Shown in pieces: positions 1-8,046 of a stretch of DNA of 17,243 bases; the stretch's first letter is position 1; the number at the start of each line of letters is the position of its first letter. The translations under genes were made by a program, and so were the position numbers. The notes under the pieces were generated by a model, which searched no databases, was not told the origin of the DNA, and worked only from the letters and a program-made list of their open reading frames with translations. Source of the DNA: an uncultured archaeon. GTDB taxonomy: Archaea; Asgardarchaeota; Lokiarchaeia; Sigyniarchaeales; SOKP01. Where the stretch lies: the NCBI GenBank assembly GCA_964388035.1, contig CAYLZE010000111.1:1-17243 (forward strand), written 5' to 3'.

Positions 1-274
1 TTACGGTTCGAGAAGCCATTCCAATATCGCTCGTGCCCTCACCGCAATCTTTCACGCCCACGGATGACCCGCCGCCCATCACACTTACGCCTACTTCTGT
101 TTGAACACCTTCGTAGGCGGTACCACAAGCTTGAATGACAGGAAGGCACGTTGTAGAACCGCTGATTTTTAAGGTTCTAGGTCTGGTTGTTAAAGCAGCG
201 ATGCTGATCCAACCAACGACAATAACTGCAGCGATTATTACGACAGCAAGGATTTTCTTCATGCGCTTTTGCAT
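1..274 (-). CDS. pstS: Phosphate ABC transporter substrate-binding protein PstS, N-terminal 91 codons (continues off the left edge)
   Basis: Not in the ORF track. Manual translation from ATG at 274 gives MQKRMKKILAVVIIAAVIVVGWISIAALTTRPRTLKISGSTTCLPVIQACGTAYEGVQTEVGVSVMGGGSSVGVKDCGEGTSDIGMASRTV. It has an N-terminal hydrophobic anchor and the PstS hallmarks GSTT-x-LP, GGGSSxG and DIGMASR, and it is divergent from phoU. Confidence 0.93.
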   Translation of the reverse strand, partial: MQKRMKKILAVVIIAAVIVVGWISIAALTTRPRTLKISGSTTCLPVIQACGTAYEGVQTEVGVSVMGGGSSVGVKDCGEGTSDIGMASRTV

Positions 275-311
275 ATTTTTTTACACCAAATTAATTATTT
301 GATTGAACCCT

Positions 312-356
312 TGAACAATCTTGTTCAGGAGATAACATATTTTTATAAATTTTAGT
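312..356 (-). promoter_or_regulatory. Putative pstS promoter (BRE/TATA) with a palindromic operator-like site over the predicted start site
   Basis: Minus strand reads ACTAAAA-TTTATAAA (TATA at 349..342). A perfect inverted repeat TGAACAA-TC-TTGTTCA at 312-327 is centred about 26 nt downstream of the TATA centre. GGTG (287..284) precedes the ATG. Confidence 0.55.
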
Positions 357-665
357 TAATTAATGAAGCGCCAATTCCATAAAAAAGGATTCTTATATAA
401 TTACTATAATTCTCATAGAAGAATATGGCTCTAAATATTCTATATATTGCATTGGAGTTGCGCGTTTATCACATGGACTATTTAAAGGATTAAATCATTA
501 ATAAAAGAGTTTTTAGGTAAACATGTTGAAATAATCAAAATCCAACTTATTTTGTAAAATTGAATTGTTATATAGAAAGCATTTATCTAATTATTAAGGA
601 AGTATTTATTTTCCAGTTATAGAGGTCAATTAAAGAGAGAAAAATCATTTTATTTTTTTTTTAGA

Positions 666-720
666 GCCTATCTATATAGATTATATAGTAAATATATATA
701 TACTAGGCACCTTTATATTC
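666..720 (+). promoter_or_regulatory. TATATA-rich imperfect inverted repeat followed by a candidate phoU TATA box
   Basis: GCCTA (666-670) and TAGGC (704-708) bracket TCTATATAGA (perfect palindrome, 671-680) and further TATATA units. TTTATAT follows at 712-718. Confidence 0.35.
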
Positions 721-744
721 AAATATACATAAATTTAGTAATTA

Positions 745-849
745 ACTTCAAGATCATATTTAGGTTTCTGAAAAAACAAGAATTCTTATAAGAACGGTCG
801 TTCCCAAAATTTGAAGATTATAAGTTCAGAAACCTTTAAAACTTGAAGT
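745..849. repeat. Nested inverted repeat (long imperfect hairpin) upstream of phoU
   Basis: ACTTCAAG (745-752)/CTTGAAGT (842-849); AGGTTTCTGAA (762-772)/TTCAGAAACCT (825-835); GAACG (792-796)/CGTTC (799-803). All three pairs are centred at 797-798.5. Confidence 0.6.
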
Positions 850-898
850 AGTACAATTTAATTCCATTACATGAGGAATAGAATAGAGGATAGTTGAA

Positions 899-1906
899 AT
901 GGTATACAATATAGAGACAAGAAAAGTCCAGCAGACCGGCGGAAGTTCTTTTATAGTTTCCTTGCCAAAGCCATGGATCGTGAAATATGGGATCGAAAAA
1001 AATGATAGCGTCGGTATAATTTCCCAACCGGATGGAAATTTGCTCATTACTCCCAAAATTGATTCCGAAGACGTTTTAAAGTCAAAAGAAATCATTGCGG
1101 ATGAGTATAAAGATTACAACTTTTTATTTCGGGTGCTAATTGGTGCCTATATAATGGGGTATTCACGGATCACGATTAAATCCAGTAAGAAATTTGACCC
1201 TGCAATAAGAGATTGCATCATGAGTTTCAAGCAAATCGCGATTGGACCGGAAATTATAGAAGAAACTAATAATTATATCGTAATGAAAGATCTCCTCAAT
1301 CCTAAAGAATTACCTTTCGCAAGTTCGATTAAGAGAATGTATATTTTAGTAGAAGGTATGCACAACGATGCCATTAATGCTTTAAAGAAAAAGGACAAGG
1401 AAATGGCAGAGGATGTCATAAAACGTGATAATGAAGTAGATAGACAGCATTGGCTTGTTGCACGCCAATCGAATATTATATTGAAGGACATTATCTTGAG
1501 TCAGAAAATGGGAATCAAGTTCGAAGATGCGAACCACTTTCAATCCATGAGCCGATTTTTGGAACGGATTGGAGATCACGCTGTAAAAATAGCAAAAAAC
1601 GTGATAAAAATAATTGATAAAAAAATCGATGATGAAATAATTGAAAAGATTGCAAATATTAGTGCCCTTTCATTAGAGCTTCTCAATATGAGCTTGGAAG
1701 CGTGGCTTCAAAAAGATATATCAATTGCAAATGATAATATTGAAGCAATTGCTAAATTAACAGATGACTGTGAAAAAATAAATACCGATGGAGACCATAT
1801 TGACGTGGGTGCTTATATAGCGATAAGTTATATCGTAGAGAGCATACGGAGAACGGGCGAATACTCTACCGATATTTCTGAAATTATAATTAATAGTTTA
1901 GTTTAA
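899..1906 (+). CDS. phoU: Archaeal phosphate uptake regulator: N-terminal AbrB/SpoVT-type DNA-binding domain plus PhoU domains
   Basis: RKVQQTGGSSFIVSLPKPW (AbrB-like); PhoU repeats DNEVDR...LERIGDHAVKIA and ESIRRTGEYSTDISE; divergent from pstS. Confidence 0.93.
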   Translation: MVYNIETRKVQQTGGSSFIVSLPKPWIVKYGIEKNDSVGIISQPDGNLLITPKIDSEDVLKSKEIIADEYKDYNFLFRVLIGAYIMGYSRITIKSSKKFDPAIRDCIMSFKQIAIGPEIIEETNNYIVMKDLLNPKELPFASSIKRMYILVEGMHNDAINALKKKDKEMAEDVIKRDNEVDRQHWLVARQSNIILKDIILSQKMGIKFEDANHFQSMSRFLERIGDHAVKIAKNVIKIIDKKIDDEIIEKIANISALSLELLNMSLEAWLQKDISIANDNIEAIAKLTDDCEKINTDGDHIDVGAYIAISYIVESIRRTGEYSTDISEIIINSLV

Positions 1907-1931
1907 TTCTTTTTCTTAACCCTTCTCTTTC
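1907..1931 (+). terminator. Pyrimidine/T-rich archaeal-type terminator
   Basis: TTCTTTTTCTTAACCCTTCTCTTTC directly after the phoU stop, between convergent genes. Confidence 0.4.
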
Positions 1932-1975
1932 AAAATATCTCCAGAATTTGTTGGGTATTTTTAAAATTAAGATTT

Positions 1976-2824
1976 TTAAAGCTCCTTGTTTGATTGAAAA
2001 TTCATTATTTTTTGGAAGAAATCCTCTTTTTTAACGATAATCAAGAGAAGAGCGAAAATAGCATAACCTTTCGCAATGTAAATAAAAATCTGCAAGAACT
2101 CGGTGGAGCTGAAATTAAAGATATTTAAGAGAAAATTAAACCAGAAATGAATCCATATTGGGAGGAGTAAATTATTGCTCTTATTGTAAAAATAGGTTAT
2201 TATTACTGATGTGGATATAATACTAATTAGAAAAGCGATAATATAAGTTATTAATTCTATTCCCGAAAATCCTGCTATGAACCATAAGGGAGTGTGCCAA
2301 AAACCCCATATTACACCAAGAATCAACGCGGAAATTAGAGGAGAATGGTTTTTTTGTAAAGTTTGAAGGGCAAATCCCCGCCATCCGAGCTCTTCTCCTA
2401 AGGGACCGCTCGTCAAATTGATGATGAATAGAAAGAAGATGATCAAGCCTTCTTTAAAAGGGAAAAAAAGAATAGGTTTATTTTCAAAAATATTGAATAA
2501 GATGATGGCTACAACAACAATAAGCGCTTGAAAGAATAAACTAATAAATAAATGAGATATTCTGATTTTGCCTTTAAACTTTGATTTAATATGGGGAATT
2601 AGGTGTTGGTTTGGATAAAAAGATTTGAATAAAATTAAAAGTGCGAATGTAGGTGACCATGCTACCACGTTCTGAAGAATTTGAACAAGTATTGGAGGTG
2701 CCCCCAGTACTACAGATATAGCGGTAATTAAGAATAATATCCATAAATAGTTAAGGGGAGACCATTCTCTCGAAGATAAGAGATTGAATGCATAAGAATT
2801 GATTGAATGGACAAAAGGGAACAT
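1976..2824 (-). CDS. CPBP family (CAAX protease/Abi) intramembrane glutamic endopeptidase; true 5' end uncertain and possibly truncated near 2750
   Basis: GPLGEELGWRG, IWGFWH and IHFWFN motifs, multiple TM helices. The first ~22 residues lie antisense to an acyl-CoA ligase remnant. Confidence 0.85.
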   Translation of the reverse strand: MFPFVHSINSYAFNLLSSREWSPLNYLWILFLITAISVVLGAPPILVQILQNVVAWSPTFALLILFKSFYPNQHLIPHIKSKFKGKIRISHLFISLFFQALIVVVAIILFNIFENKPILFFPFKEGLIIFFLFIINLTSGPLGEELGWRGFALQTLQKNHSPLISALILGVIWGFWHTPLWFIAGFSGIELITYIIAFLISIISTSVIITYFYNKSNNLLLPIWIHFWFNFLLNIFNFSSTEFLQIFIYIAKGYAIFALLLIIVKKEDFFQKIMNFQSNKEL

Positions 2825-2981
2825 GGCGATCTATAAAGCTCCTCGAGTCAAAGAGCCAACGAGAAGACTCCCAAACAGTGCTGTGAGTAAAGTATCAGGA
2901 AGAGTGTTAAGGGAAAAGAAGAGAAAAAACAAAGAAAACGTTTGGCAAGCTGAATTGAAGGATAAATTAGATGGAGCGTAA
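2796..2981 (+). pseudogene. Decayed C-terminal fragment of a long-chain acyl-CoA ligase (AMP-binding C-terminal domain)
   Basis: ELIEWTKGNMAIYKAPRVKEPTRRLPNSAVSKVSGRVLREK matches the pattern ELxxWxKxxMAxYKxPRxxEFxxxLPxSAVGKVLRRxLRE. There is an in-frame TAA at 2793-2795, the catalytic GK motif is altered to SK, and no N-terminal domain is present. Confidence 0.72.
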
Positions 2982-3148
2982 TTTTAAGCTTACTTTCTTA
3001 ATAATCGAATTCTGGCTAAAAATTTTCTTAAATCTTACTCCGAATCAAGATATGGGGGTAATTGAATGTTAGCATTTAGAAAGAAAATAATAAATATTTG
3101 AATTTCTTATATAAATTTGCTTAGAATCAATTAGGAGATGTTGCTTGC

Positions 3149-4681
3149 TTGAGTAAAGGTAAACAAAATTTGGATCTTCTTCCAGAAATTTATATAAAAA
3201 TCTTTAAAGCATTGCCGTCGCCCACATACCTTTGGAAAAAAGTAGGCGAGGAATTAATCTTGATAGATTACAATGATTATGCGGATCGACTTGTCAATGG
3301 TAAAATGGAACAATTTTTAGGCATTAACGCCGCCGAGCTATATAAAGATAATCTCCAAATTTGGGAGGATCTCAATCGATGCATTACAAGTAAGATTACT
3401 TTTTCCAAGGAAATAAAATATGAATACAAAACTAAGAACATGGAAAAGGATCTTCGAGCAGGTTATATATTCATTCAACCAGATATAGTATTAATTCATA
3501 CGGACGATATCACGGACAAAAAAAAAGCGGAGGTAAAATTAGAAGAATCCGAAAAACGCTATCGATTAATTTCAGAAAATTCAGGGGCCGTGGTCTGGGT
3601 TGCAGATATGAACTTAAATCTAACTTATGTCAGTCCTTCAACCCCCAAAATTTTAGGGTATAGCGTTGAAGAGTCAATGAAATTTCCAATAAGGAATAGA
3701 GTCACATTAGAATCGATTAAAATAATGGCTGAGATCCTTAAAGAAGAATTAAAATTGGAAAAAGTGAAAGAGATAGATTTAAATCGCTCGCGCACGTTTG
3801 AAACAAATCAAATCCATAAGAATGGCTCTATAATTCCAGTAGAAGTGACAATTACGTTCTTGCGCGATAACAACGGAAAAGCGACAGGCATTTTAGGAGT
3901 ATCACGTGACATTACGGAACGGAAAAAAGCAGAACGACATTTACAAAAATCGGAAGAAAATTACCGAAATGCTTTTGAGCGAGCCAATTTTTATAAGGAT
4001 TTATTTGTTCATGATATCAGCAACGTTTTTAGTAGCCTTCTTTCCTCCTTGGAGCTTTGTAATATGTATTTAGATGATCCTTCAAATCGAAGTCAAATTA
4101 AAGAATTACAGCAAATTCAAAAGGCAGCAGTTCTAAGAGGAACAAATCTCATTGCTAAAGTACGTAAATTAGACGAAATTGATAACATTGAAATCCTCAC
4201 CCAACCAATTAATTCGTGTGAAATTTTAAAAAAATCAATCAAATATGTAAAAGAATCATTTTCCATGAAAAATATCAAGTTCACCTTTCAAACCATGACC
4301 CAAGAGTTAATTGTCGATGCAAACGAATTATTGGAAGATATTTTTGAAAACATATTAATTAATGCCGTTAAATACAATGAAAGTACCCTCATTAGAATTC
4401 AAATCAAAATTTCCAGCCCACAAATAAATCAAAAAAAATATATTAAAATGGAATTCTTGGATAACGGAATTGGGATTTCAGATGACAGGAAAAACTATAT
4501 TTTTCAGAGCGGATTCAAGGATAAGAAAGGAACAAAAGGGCTGGGATTTGGATTATCCTTGGTTAAAAAAATATTAGATAAATATGGTGGTTTTATTTCT
4601 ATTGAGAATAGGATAAAGGAGGATTATACAAAAGGAAGTAATTTTATTATCCTACTTCCCGCATTTAATCAGGATAATTAA
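3149..4681 (+). CDS. Cytoplasmic PAS-PAS sensor histidine kinase (TTG start)
   Basis: Two PAS/PAC domains (..TDDITDKKKAE; ..GVSRDITERKKAE), H-box FVHDISN, N-box ENILINAVKY, G1 DNGIG, G2 GLGFGL. No TM helix. Confidence 0.92.
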   Translation: MSKGKQNLDLLPEIYIKIFKALPSPTYLWKKVGEELILIDYNDYADRLVNGKMEQFLGINAAELYKDNLQIWEDLNRCITSKITFSKEIKYEYKTKNMEKDLRAGYIFIQPDIVLIHTDDITDKKKAEVKLEESEKRYRLISENSGAVVWVADMNLNLTYVSPSTPKILGYSVEESMKFPIRNRVTLESIKIMAEILKEELKLEKVKEIDLNRSRTFETNQIHKNGSIIPVEVTITFLRDNNGKATGILGVSRDITERKKAERHLQKSEENYRNAFERANFYKDLFVHDISNVFSSLLSSLELCNMYLDDPSNRSQIKELQQIQKAAVLRGTNLIAKVRKLDEIDNIEILTQPINSCEILKKSIKYVKESFSMKNIKFTFQTMTQELIVDANELLEDIFENILINAVKYNESTLIRIQIKISSPQINQKKYIKMEFLDNGIGISDDRKNYIFQSGFKDKKGTKGLGFGLSLVKKILDKYGGFISIENRIKEDYTKGSNFIILLPAFNQDN

Positions 4682-4746
4682 ATTTTTTACTAGAAGGAAT
4701 TGATAATAGAGAATTTATTATTAATGGAGTTCCAAATTTTTCTTAT

Positions 4747-5850
4747 CTATTTTAGTTGTTTTATGTAATGGTAAATGAGTTCCGCGGCAGCATCAATCTC
4801 GCTCAAACTGCATACTTCCGGTACGTTATGAGAATATATTGTGGGGATGCCAATTAATACAGAAGGGATACCCAGCCATTTTTGCGCTTTTCCAGCATCG
4901 CTTGAATAAAACTCGGTGACTGCATTTTGGTAGGCGATATTATTTTTTTCAGCAACTTCTGCGAATTTATTACACATTTCATAATCAAGCACACCTGTTC
5001 CTCTATTTTCCACCCATATAAGTGCCGGTCCTTGATCCATTTTGATTCCTGATTCTACGCTCCCCTTAAAATCTCCAACAGGTCCAATGTCGATAGCAAT
5101 GACCTTATCCATGGGATTTTTATTGAGAAAATAGAGAGCTCCTTCCGTTCCAATTTCCTCCCGGGTGGTAGCAACTAAATACACGTCATGATTACACTTT
5201 ATCGTGCCGAAGTCGTCTATCAAATTATCATTTAGTTTTTTTGCGAGGATAATAAGGCTGGTGAGGGCCGCTAAGTTATCCATAGAATATCCTGCTATGA
5301 TGTTATCATTAAAATCGGGATTCAAGAGTCCAAAATCACCATCAAAGACAAAAGGGGCTCCGATTTGAAGATTATATATATTCTTAACCTCCTCATCATG
5401 TTGCGCACCAATGTAAATTTCTAAATCGAGAGGATTTACTTTTTCTTTTCTTCGTAAATCATCGGGTGTCGAGTGTGCAGAACGTCCTTCAATAATACCA
5501 TTAATCCACTGATGATTTCTATTTAAAATTTGTACTTTTTTTGAAATTAACCATCTCCCTTCGTATCCACCTCTTTTTGAGAAAAGAATTTTTCCGTTTT
5601 TCTGGATTTTACGAATGGTTCCGCCGATCTCGTCAATATGTGCTAAAATAGCAATTTTCTGCTTTGCTTCCTTTCCTTTTAATCTAATGAAATAATTGCC
5701 CAGGGGATCTTTTTTCACGGGAATGTCTTTAGCTCCTAAGAAAGAGTCTAGTTCTTTTTTAAAAAGGGTGCCTCTCTCACTTTCTAACCCAGAAGGGGCT
5801 CTTTTAGAAGCGAAGGTTTGTATAATTCTAAGAATTTCTTTTTTATCCAT
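4747..5850 (-). CDS. M42 family metallo-aminopeptidase (TET/FrvX-like)
   Basis: APSGLE, AHIDEIG, SMDN, REEIG, IAIDIG, SSDAG and YSHNVPE supply the M42 metal ligands and catalytic residues. Confidence 0.9.
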   Translation of the reverse strand: MDKKEILRIIQTFASKRAPSGLESERGTLFKKELDSFLGAKDIPVKKDPLGNYFIRLKGKEAKQKIAILAHIDEIGGTIRKIQKNGKILFSKRGGYEGRWLISKKVQILNRNHQWINGIIEGRSAHSTPDDLRRKEKVNPLDLEIYIGAQHDEEVKNIYNLQIGAPFVFDGDFGLLNPDFNDNIIAGYSMDNLAALTSLIILAKKLNDNLIDDFGTIKCNHDVYLVATTREEIGTEGALYFLNKNPMDKVIAIDIGPVGDFKGSVESGIKMDQGPALIWVENRGTGVLDYEMCNKFAEVAEKNNIAYQNAVTEFYSSDAGKAQKWLGIPSVLIGIPTIYSHNVPEVCSLSEIDAAAELIYHYIKQLK

Positions 5851-5931
5851 ATTTTTTTATCACGAGTGTTACTTTTTTATAAGACACTACATAATACTAA
5901 TCTCAAGTATTAAAAAAATTGTGGATTTTTC

Positions 5932-6381
5932 ATGAGTAACTTGGAAGAGAAGGAGAAAAGGGTAATTGATGCTCTATTAAGCATTGAGGATTTCAAAGAG
6001 ATTGCAGTCCGAGTGGATGATACAGATTTGATGCAGGTGGTTCATGCTAATAAATATCTAAATTATTTTGATGATGGTTTCATCTCCTTTACGAGTAAAT
6101 TGGGAAAAGATTGTGGAACATTATTTAGAGATGGAATAGTATTTCCAGTAAGAAAAGTGGAAATAGAATATATTAATTCCGCTACCTTTGGTGATACCAT
6201 TATCCTTCATACTAAAGTGATAAAAGTTGGTAATACCTCAATAACCCTAGCGATGGATTGTTATAAAAATAAAAAATCAAAAGACTCTTTATTGGTTAAA
6301 GGCGTGATAATCAGATTAGTAATGAACATGAATACCGAGAAATTAATTAAAATTACGGATTTTTTTAATGATATTATCTAA
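5932..6381 (+). CDS. Hotdog-fold acyl-CoA thioesterase (YbgC/4HBT family), paralog 1
   Basis: VRVDDTDLMQVVHANKYLNYFD matches DTD-x2-(G)VVH-x3-Y; also IEY..SATFGD and VGNTS. Confidence 0.88.
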   Translation: MSNLEEKEKRVIDALLSIEDFKEIAVRVDDTDLMQVVHANKYLNYFDDGFISFTSKLGKDCGTLFRDGIVFPVRKVEIEYINSATFGDTIILHTKVIKVGNTSITLAMDCYKNKKSKDSLLVKGVIIRLVMNMNTEKLIKITDFFNDII

Positions 6382-6502
6382 TATGAGTGTTCAAAAGGAG
6401 TAGCTCTTAACTCAAATTAGATTCATTTAAATTATTTTTAATGCATTATTTAATAAAATATAGATAGGAATTAAATAAACCAGCAGGAGTTGATCTGAAA
6501 CC

Positions 6503-8017
6503 ATGTCAAGCGAAAAACCAAATATCGTGATTTTCAATCCCGACCAATGGCGAGGAGATGTTTTAGGGCACGTGGGAAATTCTGCTGCCATTACTCCCAA
6601 TTTAGATGAACTTGTAAGGAAAGAGGGAGTTTCATTCACTAATACATTTTGCCAGAATCCCGTGTGCACGCCAAGTCGCTGCAGTTTCATGACGGGTTGG
6701 TATCCTCATGTAAAAGGACATCGCACCATGCACTTCATGCTCCATTCCGAGAAGGGTGAACCTAATTTATTAAAGATTTTAAAAGATGAAGGATATTTCG
6801 TGTGGTGGGGAGGAAAGAATGATTTGGTTCCGGGACAATTTGGATATAAACAGCATTGTGACGTGAAATATGCTCCTAAAAGAGAGGATTTGGAACGTTG
6901 GGGGTTCCAATTTAGAAAAAGTCTCCATTTTGATAACAGCTGGCGAGGAGAAGAGGGAAGCGATACGTATTATAGCTTTTTTATGGGTAAATTGGATAAA
7001 GGGTCAGCAGATGTTTTCATGGATATGGACTGGGGCATGATATTAGGAGTAGTAGATTTTATACATGATTATGATCAGAAGAGCCCCTTTTGCCTTTTTT
7101 TGCCTTTAGGAAACCCTCATCCTCCTTACGGTGTTGAAGATCCTTGGTTTAGTCAAATTAATCGCAAGCACCTTCCTCCCCGAGTAAAGGCACCTCAATC
7201 TTGGGAAAGAAAGCCTTCTATCTTGAAAGGTATTCATGAGAAACAAAACATGCAAGGGTGGTCGGAAGATCGTTGGAATGAATTGAGAGCAACGTATTAT
7301 GGAATGATTGCACGATTAGATTATCAATTTGGACTGATCACAACAGCCTTGAAAGAGCAGGGGTTATATGATGATACAGTTATTTTCTTTTTTGGAGATC
7401 ATGGGGACTTCGCGGGAGATTACGGGCTGGTGGAGAAAACTCAAAATACTTTTGAAGATTGTTTGACTCACGTTCCATTTATCATTAAACCTCCAAAATC
7501 ATTGCAAGTTAAACCGGGAAATTGTAATACTTTAGTAGAGTTAATCGATTTTCCCGCAACAGTTTATGACTTATTGGATTTAAATCCAAAATATTATCAT
7601 TTTGGAAGGAGTTTATTGCCACTCATAAAAGGAGAAATAGATTCCCATCGAGATGCGGTGTTTTGTGAGGGAGGACGGCTGCGTGGTGAAACCCAAGCCA
7701 TGGAAAGGGAGTCCTTGAGTTCTTCTAAAAAGCGACAATATAGAAGTCAATATTGGCCTCGATTATCGCTACAAATTACGGATGAGGGACCGTACCATTC
7801 CAAAGCTACCATGTGTAGAACGAATAAATATAAGTATGTTCGAAGGTTATATGAAATGGATGAACTATATGATTTAGAAAACGATCCCTCCGAATTAATT
7901 AATCTCATAGATGATGCTTCCTACCAGCATGTTTTAAATACTCTTAAAGAAAGAATGCTCACGTGGTACATGGAGACTTGTGATGTAGTACCGTTTGAAA
8001 TTGATGAGCGATTATAA
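6503..8017 (+). CDS. Cys-type formylglycine-dependent sulfatase-family hydrolase
   Basis: KPNIV..PDQWRGD, CTPSRCSFMTG (CxPxR), NPHPPY, GDHGD, ELYDLENDP.E. No signal peptide. AGGAG lies upstream. Confidence 0.93.
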   Translation: MSSEKPNIVIFNPDQWRGDVLGHVGNSAAITPNLDELVRKEGVSFTNTFCQNPVCTPSRCSFMTGWYPHVKGHRTMHFMLHSEKGEPNLLKILKDEGYFVWWGGKNDLVPGQFGYKQHCDVKYAPKREDLERWGFQFRKSLHFDNSWRGEEGSDTYYSFFMGKLDKGSADVFMDMDWGMILGVVDFIHDYDQKSPFCLFLPLGNPHPPYGVEDPWFSQINRKHLPPRVKAPQSWERKPSILKGIHEKQNMQGWSEDRWNELRATYYGMIARLDYQFGLITTALKEQGLYDDTVIFFFGDHGDFAGDYGLVEKTQNTFEDCLTHVPFIIKPPKSLQVKPGNCNTLVELIDFPATVYDLLDLNPKYYHFGRSLLPLIKGEIDSHRDAVFCEGGRLRGETQAMERESLSSSKKRQYRSQYWPRLSLQITDEGPYHSKATMCRTNKYKYVRRLYEMDELYDLENDPSELINLIDDASYQHVLNTLKERMLTWYMETCDVVPFEIDERL

Positions 8018-8046
8018 TTGGGTTTAATAATTTATTATATCGAATC

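Noticed and set aside
792-803. GAAC-N4-GTTC resembles a Gram-positive LexA box
   Set aside because: Archaeal-type context and no DNA-repair gene here; treated as part of the nested repeat instead.
826-1579. Short minus-strand ORFs 826..1095, 836..1027, 1273..1491, 1382..1579
   Set aside because: Antisense shadows of phoU with no recognisable motifs.
2825-2986. Possible TAG read-through (pyrrolysine) extending the CPBP frame upstream of the stop at 2831-2833
   Set aside because: The upstream hydrophobic-looking frame has no ATG and is explained as the antisense of the Lys/Glu-rich ligase remnant.
5696-6690. ORFs 5696..5935 (+) and 6427..6690 (-)
   Set aside because: Mostly antisense overlaps of the M42 peptidase and sulfatase genes.
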